Of a DNA stretch of 64,000 nt, positions 26,438 through 35,329 are shown in pieces. The notes below the pieces were generated by a model, which was not told the DNA's origin, searched no databases, and was given only the letters and a program-made list of their open reading frames with translations. The stretch lies in NCBI GenBank assembly GCA_022627495.1, contig JAKEGJ010000021.1, positions 14,612-78,611 on the forward strand, read 5' to 3'. Both the position numbers and the translations under genes were made by a program. The DNA is from Candidatus Micrarchaeota archaeon. Lineage in GTDB: Archaea; Micrarchaeota; Micrarchaeia; Anstonellales; Bilamarchaeaceae. Each line of letters opens with the position of its first letter. The first letter of the stretch is position 1.

Positions 26438-27757
26438 TTAACCAGCGGATTCTGCCGGATTCCGCAGCCTCAAAGCGCATCCTGCGGCAAGCACCGCGGC
26501 GGCGAGGGAGCCCAGGATGACGTATGACGCCGCGCAGCCGCCTGGGGGCGATGCGCCGCCCCCGCCAGGGCCGCTGCCGGGAAGGAAGAGGTCTGCCGTC
26601 AGGTTCTCCGAATCGGAGGCGTCGTTGAACGATGCCGAAACAGGTATCGTATAAAGGAACCCGTCCTGGAAAAGGGAGCGGTTGAATCCGCGGTAAAGGC
26701 GGATTGTCTCATTCGGCCGCAGGAGCATCACCGACGCCTCTTCCCCGCCGTAGGCTTCGGGGACGGAGAACGTGTGCGAGCCCAGGGCATAAGCGGGCCT
26801 GCTGTTGTTGATGGTGACTTCGGCCACGAGCGTCCTCGAGTCGACACTCAGGTTCACTGAAACCCCCTTCGCGTCGTTTGACCCGAAAGCCGTTTCAAGG
26901 CTATCCTGCGCCCGGATGTCCACGTTCTCGTCTTCGGAAATGAGGAGGTCGTATGAAGCGGACTGGTCGTCGCTTTTGCGGATGGCGAGATGCGTGCTGT
27001 CCAGCACGCCGGCCTGGGCGAAGGTGGCGTCCGCCGCCAGCCATCCATGGCCCGGGAGGTAAATCTCGGCCCAAGCGTGGGGCTGCCAGGAGCCCGTATG
27101 GACATAGCCGCTGACATAGCGCGTCTGGAAGCCGAGGCTGCGCGCAAGAGATATCAGCAGGTGGGTGTATTCGACGCAGACGCCGCGCTTTTCCCGGTAC
27201 ACTTCCATGGCGGATTTCGATTTCCCCCAATAATTGATGTCGTAGGCGACATACCCGTGCACCCAGTTCACCAGGTCGCGGATTGTGAGGAGCGCCGAGT
27301 CCGGATGCGAGAGCTCCCGGGCCTGGTGCGAGATGCCCGCATCGGCTTCCGTAAGGCCCGTCCCCTGAAGCGGATTTCCGGGGACGGCCGGGTCGGAGGG
27401 TATCCGGGGGTCGTAATTGATGTCGACAATCGCATTCGCCTCCAGGGTGATTGTGCCGTTGCCAGAGTAATGAAGCACTATGGTGCCGTTTTCGTCCACC
27501 GAGCGCTCCATCCCGGGCGTGGTGGTGACTGAGACAACGCGCTGGCTGCTGTCGTTGACCGCGAGCGCCCCCGTGAAATCGAACGGCGCGCCGCTTGTAA
27601 TCTCCCACGTCCGGTGCAGCGTTACGCGGGAGTAGCCGAAACCGGATGCGGATGCGGATGCGGCGGAAAGCAGGAGAAGCAGGAAGAATGCGTTCCGCAG
27701 GTTCGTTTCCAACAGATCAGCCCCGGATAGAATGCATGCGCTCCAGTTTTTTCCCAA
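26438..27757 (-). CDS. Secreted, C-terminally anchored transglutaminase-like protein
   Basis: The core is RGVCVEYTHLLISLARSLG...HAWAEIYLPGHGWLAADAT (Cys-His-Asp). It has a signal-like AFFLLLLLSAASASASG and a C-terminal TM helix. The real start may be TTG at 27712, just after the purD stop, rather than ATG at 27757, which overlaps purD by 41 nt. Confidence 0.75.
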   Translation of the reverse strand: MGKNWSACILSGADLLETNLRNAFFLLLLLSAASASASGFGYSRVTLHRTWEITSGAPFDFTGALAVNDSSQRVVSVTTTPGMERSVDENGTIVLHYSGNGTITLEANAIVDINYDPRIPSDPAVPGNPLQGTGLTEADAGISHQARELSHPDSALLTIRDLVNWVHGYVAYDINYWGKSKSAMEVYREKRGVCVEYTHLLISLARSLGFQTRYVSGYVHTGSWQPHAWAEIYLPGHGWLAADATFAQAGVLDSTHLAIRKSDDQSASYDLLISEDENVDIRAQDSLETAFGSNDAKGVSVNLSVDSRTLVAEVTINNSRPAYALGSHTFSVPEAYGGEEASVMLLRPNETIRLYRGFNRSLFQDGFLYTIPVSASFNDASDSENLTADLFLPGSGPGGGGASPPGGCAASYVILGSLAAAVLAAGCALRLRNPAESAG

Positions 27758-29012
27758 TCAGTGCGCTGGTGCCGATGTCACTGCGGTGCCATACGGGCCC
27801 CTTGATGAAGGAGCATCCCTTTTCCGCGATGCGCTCCGCCGCGTCAAGGCTGGCCGCCCTCCCAAGCACGCCGAAGGCGCGGGAGCCTGTCGTGAGTATC
27901 TTCCCGCCCTGCTCGTAGACGGAGGCGTAATACACCTTTGCACCAGAGCCTTCCACTCCGGCCGCGTCAATGGACACCGCGGCATCCTTTAGGGGCTTGC
28001 CTGGGTAGCCCTCCGGGACCATGTACTTGACGACGGTGCAATCATCCGAGAATGCCGGCCTGGAGAGCTGGCCTTCCGCAATCGACAGGAAGACGTCCGT
28101 AAGAGAATCCTGGAGCAGCGAGATGACGTTCATCGCCTCAGGGTCGCCGAAACGGGCGTTGAATTCTATGATTTTCACGCCATTTGCCGTGATTATGAAC
28201 TGGCCGTACAGGACGCCCCGGAAGGGGTTCCCGTCCTTTTTCATCGCATGGACGACGCTCTGGAGGATTTTCTGGGCCTCTTCCCGGTCCGCCTCTTCCA
28301 TGAACGGGAGGCGCTTCCCGGAAGAGTACGACCCCATGCCCCCGGTGTTGGGCCCCAAATCGCCCTCATATGCCCTCTTGTGGTCCTGGACCGGCGGCAT
28401 CACCGCTATCCGCGAGCCGTCCGAGAAGCACTGGAACGTGAACTCCTCGCCCACAAGCTTCTCCTCGATTAGGACGCTGCCGTCCTTTTCAATCAGGGAC
28501 TGTGCATAAGCGACCTTCTCGTCTATCTCGTGGAAATGGTCCCCGCTTACTTTGACCCCCTTGCCGCCTGTGAGGCCGAGGGGCTTGACAGCGACAGCGC
28601 CGAAGTCCCTGATGACGCGCCGCGCATCCTCCGCGGCATTCACCACTTCGTGCAGGGGCGAGCCGCTTATCTTATGGCGCTCAAGCAGGCTGCGCATGAA
28701 CGATTTGTCCCATTCGATGCGCGCGGCCGCCTTCGTCGGCGAAGCCACGAGCATGCCGCTTCTGGCCAGGACATCGCTTACGCCTGCTGCGAGGCTGGCG
28801 TCCGGGCTCGCGAATCCCAAATCGAACTCGCGGCCCGCAATCGCCTTCCCGACCGCTTCGGCATCCTCCGTGTCGCAAATCCAATAATCCTTAGAGAGCT
28901 GCGCGATGGCCGGATTCTTCTTTGACATGACCGATGAGAGCTCGCAGTCCTGCGCCAGCTTCTCGGCAATCGCATGCTCGCGCGCGCCGTTTCCTACGAT
29001 AAGCACTTTCAT
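27717..29012 (-). CDS. purD: Phosphoribosylamine-glycine ligase
   Basis: MKVLIVGNGAREHAIAEKL, ATP-grasp core and GPNTGGMGSY. ATG at 29012 (the track starts at 29039). Confidence 0.9.
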   Translation of the reverse strand: MKVLIVGNGAREHAIAEKLAQDCELSSVMSKKNPAIAQLSKDYWICDTEDAEAVGKAIAGREFDLGFASPDASLAAGVSDVLARSGMLVASPTKAAARIEWDKSFMRSLLERHKISGSPLHEVVNAAEDARRVIRDFGAVAVKPLGLTGGKGVKVSGDHFHEIDEKVAYAQSLIEKDGSVLIEEKLVGEEFTFQCFSDGSRIAVMPPVQDHKRAYEGDLGPNTGGMGSYSSGKRLPFMEEADREEAQKILQSVVHAMKKDGNPFRGVLYGQFIITANGVKIIEFNARFGDPEAMNVISLLQDSLTDVFLSIAEGQLSRPAFSDDCTVVKYMVPEGYPGKPLKDAAVSIDAAGVEGSGAKVYYASVYEQGGKILTTGSRAFGVLGRAASLDAAERIAEKGCSFIKGPVWHRSDIGTSALIGKKLERMHSIRG

Positions 29013-29045
29013 AAGGATGACCCGCCACCAGACCGCCAAGAGCGA

Positions 29046-29336
29046 TTAAATCCGGTAGACGCCTTTCTTGTTGCCTCCGAAGAACTCGTCGACCGTGTCC
29101 TTGAACGAGCGCTTCAGGGGCTGCTTGACTATGAAGGAGCGCACCGTCGGATACTGGCGGATGAGCTCGAACGTGAAGATGTACTGGGTAATCGGGGCAT
29201 CGGCTTCGCGCCCCGCGTCTTCGGTTTCCTGCGCGTAGCCCGCGGCGCCCTTGTTGCGCCTTCCTTTGGCTTGCATCCCCCTAACGGCAGCGGTGCCTGC
29301 GGCGGGGTTTGCCTTCCCCTTCCTCTTCCGGATCAT
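29046..29336 (-). CDS. Hypothetical small basic protein (last gene of the VirB4-like cluster)
   Basis: 96 aa. K/R-rich N-terminus. Its ATG overlaps the upstream stop (ATGA at 29333-29336). Confidence 0.5.
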   Translation of the reverse strand: MIRKRKGKANPAAGTAAVRGMQAKGRRNKGAAGYAQETEDAGREADAPITQYIFTFELIRQYPTVRSFIVKQPLKRSFKDTVDEFFGGNKKGVYRI

Positions 29337-30037
29337 TCGAAGCGCCTCCGGATGTAGCCTTCGCGAATCAGCATGTTGAGGCCGTCCTCGGCCCTAGTCA
29401 CGGCGACGGAATTCGCCTTGGAGAATTCGCGGATGTCAATCGTGCCCCCGTGGAGCTTGATCCAGCCATAAAGCGTCTCCTTCAAAAGGTCATCCCCCAT
29501 GCCGCTTAGCGCGGTCAGCTTTTTCGAGACCTCGTCCCTTTTCCTTTCGCATTCGAGGAGGAGCCGCGTGTTGGCCTCGCCCGAGCGGACAAGGTCGTCG
29601 TATTTCGCATTCATGTCCGCGTAGCGCGCCTGCAGCTCGGATAGCTGCGTCGAGAACTCCAATGCATCACGGTCGATTATCTTGGACGTCTCGGAAAGGA
29701 GCGCGTTTATGTGCGTGAAGATGCCGGTGGGGCGCACGTCGTAATAGTCCTCCGCGACCTGCAGGATGTTCAGGAACGTGGGCATCAGGTCCAGAAGGCG
29801 GGCGATGCGGCTCCTTTTCGCCGAGAAGCTGTAGAGGAAGTCAATCGAGCCGTCCTTGAACTCGACACGGTACTCCAAATAAGGCTTGCCCTGGAGGTCC
29901 GTGCCTTTTATTTTCTCCACCGAAAGGACGTTCCTGGCATACGTTATCCTCGTGAAACCGAGCCCGCTAAGCAGGGTCGCAAGGCCTTTGAGGGGTTTTT
30001 TCTGCTTGCCCAAAACCGTGATTTTCTCTTCTGCCAT
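29333..30037 (-). CDS. Hypothetical coiled-coil protein with C-terminal winged-helix-like domain
   Basis: 234 aa. GGAGGTGG SD lies upstream of the ATG at 30037. The central segment is heptad-rich. The C-terminal IREFSKANSVAVTRAEDGLNMLIREGYIRR looks wHTH-like. Confidence 0.6.
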   Translation of the reverse strand: MAEEKITVLGKQKKPLKGLATLLSGLGFTRITYARNVLSVEKIKGTDLQGKPYLEYRVEFKDGSIDFLYSFSAKRSRIARLLDLMPTFLNILQVAEDYYDVRPTGIFTHINALLSETSKIIDRDALEFSTQLSELQARYADMNAKYDDLVRSGEANTRLLLECERKRDEVSKKLTALSGMGDDLLKETLYGWIKLHGGTIDIREFSKANSVAVTRAEDGLNMLIREGYIRRRFE

Positions 30038-30054
30038 CTGTACGCCACCTCCGC

Positions 30055-31653
30055 TTAGACTCCTTTGATGGACGGCGGGTTCATCCCGTCTTCCAGGACC
30101 AGATTCACCACTCCTTTCGTGGCCTTGCGCATGCGGACAAGCGAGAACACCTTGATGAGGTTCTTCTCGTCTATGCCCAGCTGGCGCAGGAATGAGATTA
30201 TGGACGGCTTGGAGTAGCCGAACTTCTCCAATACGGCTACCAGCTGCTCCCCGTCTAGGAGCCCGTCGCCGCGCTCGAACTCGCTCTTTATCAGGTTCAG
30301 CTGGGACTCGTTCAGCCCTATCTCGTAAAGCATCCGCACGAACTGCTCCCTCTCGATTTCGACAATCATCTCTCCACCCCGTATCTTGTAAATGAGCAGG
30401 GGCTCCTCCCCGTCAATCTTGTCCATGAGGAATGTCATGACGCGGGACTGCCTCTCTGCGAATATCATGTTGACCGCGGCGTCGCCCACGCCGAACTTGG
30501 ATATCTCGCCGTCTATGAAATCAGAGTAGCCGATGGAATTGCGGACATAGTCGCGGAACTCCTTGAGTATGAGGCGCAGGACGAACACGGTCCCGATGTT
30601 GCTGAAAATCGTCTTATGCATGTCGGACGGGTTCTGCGTCGCGATTACCAGGGAAAAATTGTACTTCCGGCCTTCGCGGACAATCGTTATGACGTCAGAG
30701 CGCTCGTCCTGGGCGATTTTCCACGCCTCATCCAAGACCACGAAGAGGCGCACATGCCGGTTGTCCTTCTGCATGCCCTCGGCGCGCATCAGCTCCTTGA
30801 TGTACTGCAGTATCGTGAGGCCGGCAAGTGACCGCATCTCCTCGCTCGGAAGGTCGTGGAGGTCGATGCAGACGAGGCCGCCGGATGTGATGTCCTTGAT
30901 GTTGAGCGTTGAAGAGCCGGCGAAGAAATCCGAGCCTTCGGCCGTGAAGCGCTTGAGAAGCCTCGCGGCCTTCTTCTTGTTGCTGCGCTCAAGGATGTGG
31001 ACGACGTGCGCCAGCGTCGGCTTCTCGCATTTCCCGCCTTCGCACAGTTCGCCAAGCGCCTCCCTGACGTCATCCCTATTCAGCTTAAACTTGTGCGTCT
31101 TCTTCTGCTCGTTGCGCATGGCCTTGACCTGCTCTTTCAGGGTGGGCTTCGAGCCGTTGGCCTTGTAATAGACGAATTCGAGCGCCTCCTCTATGTCGTC
31201 GCGCTCGTTCGGGTAGCTTTTGAGGTCCAGGAGTATGTCGAGGGCCGAGATTATCTGCTTTATCCTGCTCCGTTTCGGCAGGCCGACAAGGTCCAGGATG
31301 TTCAGGCGCTCGGTCGCAAGGTTGATTACGCGGCCGCCGGCCTGCTTCACCCACTCGTTGTATTCGCCCACCCAGTCCAAAATTACGGCGTTGGTGTTCC
31401 ATATCATGGAGGCGCGGGTGAGGAACGTTTTTACGGTGTAGGATTTGCCCGAGCCGGTTATGCCGATTATGGCGAGGTGCGGGTTGATGAGCTTGCTTGG
31501 GTTCCAGAAGACGGGGGTCCGGAGGAAGCGCGTCTTGCCGATGTATACGCCTTGCGTCGGAAGCGAGAGCAAAAGCTCTTTGCGAGGCTCCGGAGGGTGC
31601 ACAAGAATCATCTTGCGCGCAATCTCCTTTGAGAGCATGTAGGACGGTTTCAT
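30055..31653 (-). CDS. VirB4/TrbE/HerA-type (DUF87-like) P-loop ATPase
   Basis: Walker A IIGITGSGKSYT, ILDWVGEY, Walker B LFVVLDEAWKI, and REGRKYNFSLVIATQNPSD. It has its own TATA-like tttatata ~40 nt upstream. Confidence 0.8.
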   Translation of the reverse strand: MKPSYMLSKEIARKMILVHPPEPRKELLLSLPTQGVYIGKTRFLRTPVFWNPSKLINPHLAIIGITGSGKSYTVKTFLTRASMIWNTNAVILDWVGEYNEWVKQAGGRVINLATERLNILDLVGLPKRSRIKQIISALDILLDLKSYPNERDDIEEALEFVYYKANGSKPTLKEQVKAMRNEQKKTHKFKLNRDDVREALGELCEGGKCEKPTLAHVVHILERSNKKKAARLLKRFTAEGSDFFAGSSTLNIKDITSGGLVCIDLHDLPSEEMRSLAGLTILQYIKELMRAEGMQKDNRHVRLFVVLDEAWKIAQDERSDVITIVREGRKYNFSLVIATQNPSDMHKTIFSNIGTVFVLRLILKEFRDYVRNSIGYSDFIDGEISKFGVGDAAVNMIFAERQSRVMTFLMDKIDGEEPLLIYKIRGGEMIVEIEREQFVRMLYEIGLNESQLNLIKSEFERGDGLLDGEQLVAVLEKFGYSKPSIISFLRQLGIDEKNLIKVFSLVRMRKATKGVVNLVLEDGMNPPSIKGV

Positions 31654-31711
31654 CTCAGCCTTACCTCAGACGTTAGAACTATCTCCGGGGCGGTATATAA
31701 ACATTACGGCG

Positions 31712-31835
31712 ATGGAAAGGCGGGCAAGATGGCGGGGCCTCGGAGGTCCCGCGACGCGGCTTCAGAACAACGCGTCCTTTATCTCTTCCTGCGTGGTCGG
31801 GAAGAAGAAGCCCCATTCAAAGCGCTTCAGGGTGG
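31712..31835 (-). pseudogene. Duplicated 3' end (last ~24 codons, stop and ~55 nt trailer) of the 32387..33175 gene
   Basis: 31762-31830 aligns without gaps to 32387-32455, including an identical 30-mer atctcttcctgcgtggtcgggaagaagaag. It translates as ...LKRFEWGFFFPTTQEEIKDALF* versus the intact ...LRCFEWDFFFPTTQEEIKDALF*. Weaker similarity continues past the stop. Confidence 0.8.
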
Positions 31836-31929
31836 CAGGTTCAGTTTTAGGGGCATTTACGCAGCCCCGCATTCCCAGGCTGGGCCAGATTATTCCTCGA
31901 CTCTAAAGCGGTGGGCCTCACATCCATCC

Positions 31930-32250
31930 CTAGTCCTTGAACCGTGCCAGTTCGTCCCTTATGCCATGCGATTGTCCCTTTGGAGCGTAAACGAAGTAGA
32001 CGAGCGATTCGCCATTGATTTGCCCCAGGATGCATGCGAGCTTGCAGCCATGCCTGCGCTCCAGCCGCTCCAGGGCATCGGACAGCGAGAGCCCGAAGGG
32101 ATTTTCCCGGGCGCTGAGTTCTATAATGCCCTTCAAGCTGCCCAGTTCCTCCGCCTTTCCGATTTTCCCGCTGCGGGTGCAGGTCTTCATTACCCGCCGT
32201 TCCCGGTCAACGAAAACGTTTATGATTGTATCATTGAATGACCGCTGCAT
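31930..32250 (-). CDS. Hypothetical 106-aa protein carried on the inserted segment
   Basis: Protein-like composition. AT-rich upstream region with TATA-like ctataaatg/tttttattaa. It lies between the two direct-repeat copies. No recognisable family. Confidence 0.55.
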   Translation of the reverse strand: MQRSFNDTIINVFVDRERRVMKTCTRSGKIGKAEELGSLKGIIELSARENPFGLSLSDALERLERRHGCKLACILGQINGESLVYFVYAPKGQSHGIRDELARFKD

Positions 32251-32386
32251 CTATAACCACATAAATACATTTATAGCGAAATTAATAAAAAGGGCTGCTT
32301 TGCCCCCCCCCCGGCACCAGGATTTGGAGTCATGGGAAAGGAGGCGGAAGCCCATGGGGCTGGATGGATGGCTGGAGCCCTCCGGC

Positions 32387-33175
32387 TCAGAACAGGGCGT
32401 CCTTAATCTCTTCCTGCGTGGTCGGGAAGAAGAAGTCCCACTCGAAGCAGCGGAGCATTTCCAAATCCGACAGGTCCCGGACATCGCAGCCTAGCGAGCT
32501 TGAGAGTATTGTTTTCAGCTCTTTCGCCTGCCGGTTCACGCGGCTTAGCGCCTCGTCCCTGGTGAGGCCGAAGGCGGTCGTCGTGGCGAAGGCAATGATC
32601 TCCACAGGCCTCTCGCCCTGCGTAATGCGGTCGAGGAGGCGGTTCCAGTACGCAAGCTCCCTGTCCATGCGCATGCTCTCGTCCGCGGCCAGCTTCGTCT
32701 CCTTGGCCTTCTTGGCTTCAACGGTGCCGCGCTTCGTCTTGATTTCCTCTATGTGCTTGGACAAATCAAGGGTGCTTATCATGAGGGAGATCTTCACTAT
32801 GTATTTCAGCGAGCTGACCGCCTTCTCGAAGGAGTCGAACATCGTCTTCTTCTCCTCGGAATTCTTGTCCATGGAACTCTCGTAGAAGCGGATTTCCAGG
32901 AACTTGCTCGCGTAGTACCCGCTCTCGTTCTTCTTTATGATGTAGTCGCGCGTCGGTGGGACCTCGTAGCCGTCATGCATCTCGATGATGTTTGCGGCCT
33001 TGGTGAAGAACGGTATGATTAGGTAGCCGTATTTCCAGAGCATGAGGGTGATTGAGAAGAACAAGGCCGCGACAATCGGCATTATCGGGTTTCCTGAAAG
33101 GAGCGAAATCACGATTGCGACGAGCCCGCCAAGGAGGGAGATGGCCGTCACGGCGCGGTTGATGAACATATACAT
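32387..33175 (-). CDS. Membrane protein (2 N-terminal TM helices plus cytoplasmic domain); possible split VirB4 N-terminal domain
   Basis: VTAISLLGGLVAIVISLL and IMPIVAALFFSITLMLW, then a soluble domain (YYASKFLEIRFYESSMD...KISLMISTLDLSKHIEEI...) resembling the N-domain layout of VirB4/TrbE proteins. This is an inference. ATG at 33175. Confidence 0.6.
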   Translation of the reverse strand: MYMFINRAVTAISLLGGLVAIVISLLSGNPIMPIVAALFFSITLMLWKYGYLIIPFFTKAANIIEMHDGYEVPPTRDYIIKKNESGYYASKFLEIRFYESSMDKNSEEKKTMFDSFEKAVSSLKYIVKISLMISTLDLSKHIEEIKTKRGTVEAKKAKETKLAADESMRMDRELAYWNRLLDRITQGERPVEIIAFATTTAFGLTRDEALSRVNRQAKELKTILSSSLGCDVRDLSDLEMLRCFEWDFFFPTTQEEIKDALF

Positions 33176-33206
33176 CACATCGAACCGGCATCATATAAAA
33201 ATCTTA

Positions 33207-34307
33207 TCATATGCTCGCAAGCGTCTTGAGGCCAATCTCGCTACCGAGGATGTTCGCGAGCTCCCGGACGAACACGAAAGTCACCGCAAGGGAGAATATG
33301 GGCGCTATCACGGAATAGACCGCGGCTTTTGCGAGCGAACTGCCGTCCGACTGGAGTATCATCGTCAGGCCGCCGCTGAAATCGGTTGTCATGTTCGCAG
33401 TGACGTTGCTGGTCAGGTTCTGGGAAAGGAGCCAGTCGTCGCATATGGTCGTCGTATTCGACACGTTCGTCGCGTATGTGACGTTGGTGCCGTTCTCGAA
33501 GACGACCCATGTCGATATGTTGAAGTCCGCCGGGTCGCACCTGCCGCTTAGGAGGTCGAGCTTCCCGGCGATTGCATAGTTGCTGTTGAGGTCGATAACC
33601 GGGACGGTGGCATAGAAGCTGTTGTTGGTGAAGTTCTCGACCAGGGCTGTCGAGTTCATGATGTCCGGCGCGGGGTCAGGGAAGACGAGGATGAATGTGG
33701 GGTAGAAGACGTAGAGGCCGATTGCGAGGGCTATCATGAAGCCGCCGACTTTGCGCGTAGCGAAGAACGTCCGCAGGACGAGGCCTACGGGAAACAGCAG
33801 TGCGAGCGCGTTCTGCCCGATGAACGCTGCGATCTGGGCGTTCAATTCGACCAGCATCATGATCATGCTGGTACTGAGGAGCTGCTGGGAGAGCGCATCG
33901 GAGACCGGGGAGAGGTTCGCAAACGGCGAAACCGAGAACGCGCCGAAATCCAGCGCCAAATCCTGGTAGTAGCCCACGATGTTTAGGAGCCGCATCATGC
34001 CCTGCATGAGGAAGAAGAGGGAGTCGTTCAGATTGCCCAGGCTGCAGGACAGCTGGACGATGACATTGCCTTTGGAGCAGGTCTCGCTCACCACAGATGA
34101 GCTTATGACTCCGACCAGCTCGACCACCGCCGCGAAAGAGCCGATTATTGCCGCGTTGATGATGGACTGCATCAGCTCTTCAAGGCCGAACATTTCGATT
34201 CGCTTGAAGCCGAACGCGCGGCCCAGGCCGACAAGTATGCCTGCGAGCACTATCGACGCGGTCACAACTATGACGGCGACTTCTATGCCGACGAAAGACT
34301 CAGCCAT
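33207..34307 (-). CDS. Polytopic membrane protein with a heavily sequon-rich extracellular loop (VirB6/CedA-like role proposed)
   Basis: 366 aa, >=6 hydrophobic helices. A ~95-aa loop carries 11 N-X-S/T sequons (NST, NFT, NNS, NIS, NGT, NVT, NVS, NTT, NLT, NVT, NMT). First gene of the cluster. Confidence 0.65.
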   Translation of the reverse strand: MAESFVGIEVAVIVVTASIVLAGILVGLGRAFGFKRIEMFGLEELMQSIINAAIIGSFAAVVELVGVISSSVVSETCSKGNVIVQLSCSLGNLNDSLFFLMQGMMRLLNIVGYYQDLALDFGAFSVSPFANLSPVSDALSQQLLSTSMIMMLVELNAQIAAFIGQNALALLFPVGLVLRTFFATRKVGGFMIALAIGLYVFYPTFILVFPDPAPDIMNSTALVENFTNNSFYATVPVIDLNSNYAIAGKLDLLSGRCDPADFNISTWVVFENGTNVTYATNVSNTTTICDDWLLSQNLTSNVTANMTTDFSGGLTMILQSDGSSLAKAAVYSVIAPIFSLAVTFVFVRELANILGSEIGLKTLASI

Positions 34308-34331
34308 CGCATCTTGATGCTTATCTCATCA

Positions 34332-35033
34332 TTAAATAGATTTCGCATCCACGTTCGCGCCTATGGCCTGCGGAGGCGTTCTGCGGAGCGCACGGCTAAG
34401 CTTCCGCGTCATCGCGACAATAGTAGTCGTTCCCCGCACGAAGAAGGGCGCCTTGCGGGTAACGAGTTTCGTGTTTTGGGTTTTGAGGGTCCTTAGGAGG
34501 GCGCTCGGATTGCTTATATCGAAGTCCGGAAGCACCGCATACGTTCTTCCGAATTCGAAGAAGAAGTGGCTGTCGCTTCCGGCGGCCCCGGGAAGGCCGT
34601 GCTTTTTCGCGAATGCCGCGGCCTTCTCGTTATACTCTTTGCGCATGCAGCGCGCGTTGAAAACTTCCACGATATCGACCTTTGCGGCGTCAGCTTCTGC
34701 CGCATGCTTCCCTGAGCGCCCGTGGTCGAACATATGCGGGAGGCAGGCAAGGCCGCCCTGCGAGTGGATTTTGTCGATTGCCTCGAGGAAAGGCGTCTTC
34801 TTAGGTATCAGCTCATTGACATAGAGGCCGATAAGGTCGCCATGGTCGGTGAAAATCTCCTCGGCCGGGATGAACGGGGCTTTCAGGGCGCGCATCGCGG
34901 CATGGGAGGAGATGCTGTTGTGGTCGGCTATCGCAGGCACGATTCCGAGCTCCTGTGACTTGCGCGCAAGCGCCTTCGGGTCGATTGTTGAATCAATCGA
35001 TGAATTGGTATGCACGTGGAAATCGATTCTCAT
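34332..35033 (-). CDS. PHP-domain metal-dependent phosphoesterase
   Basis: MRIDFHVHTNSSIDS (HxH motif), IADHN, and later LPHMFD and GSDSH metal-ligand motifs. Confidence 0.8.
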   Translation of the reverse strand: MRIDFHVHTNSSIDSTIDPKALARKSQELGIVPAIADHNSISSHAAMRALKAPFIPAEEIFTDHGDLIGLYVNELIPKKTPFLEAIDKIHSQGGLACLPHMFDHGRSGKHAAEADAAKVDIVEVFNARCMRKEYNEKAAAFAKKHGLPGAAGSDSHFFFEFGRTYAVLPDFDISNPSALLRTLKTQNTKLVTRKAPFFVRGTTTIVAMTRKLSRALRRTPPQAIGANVDAKSI

Positions 35034-35329
35034 ATGAGCGCACCCTCCGCTTCCAGCGCAGAGAGGATTTTTTTGGCAAGGTCTTGCGCTGCCTTGTCCG
35101 TTGGCTTGCGCTCACCCTTGACCATCATTCTCCCGCTCCCGTATACGCTGATTGAGTAGCCGCCCATCTTGACGAGCAGGACGACGGGGCTTGAGCCCGC
35201 CACTTCGCCAAGCTTGGCAAAGGCGGCCCCGGCCCTGGCCAGGTCTATCCTCCTGCCGTTAAGCCGGATTTCCACGCCGTTTGCCGTGGTGCACGGCGCG
35301 ATTACGAAAAAACCCTCAGAGCGGCTCAT
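35030..35329 (-). CDS. Hypothetical 99-aa protein translationally coupled to the ThiF-like gene
   Basis: The internal ATG at 35329 forms ATGA with the ThiF stop (35326). The upstream track extension lies inside the ThiF gene. YSISVYGSGRMMVKG is reminiscent of a TBP-fold strand-turn motif, which is weak evidence. Confidence 0.55.
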   Translation of the reverse strand: MSRSEGFFVIAPCTTANGVEIRLNGRRIDLARAGAAFAKLGEVAGSSPVVLLVKMGGYSISVYGSGRMMVKGERKPTDKAAQDLAKKILSALEAEGALI

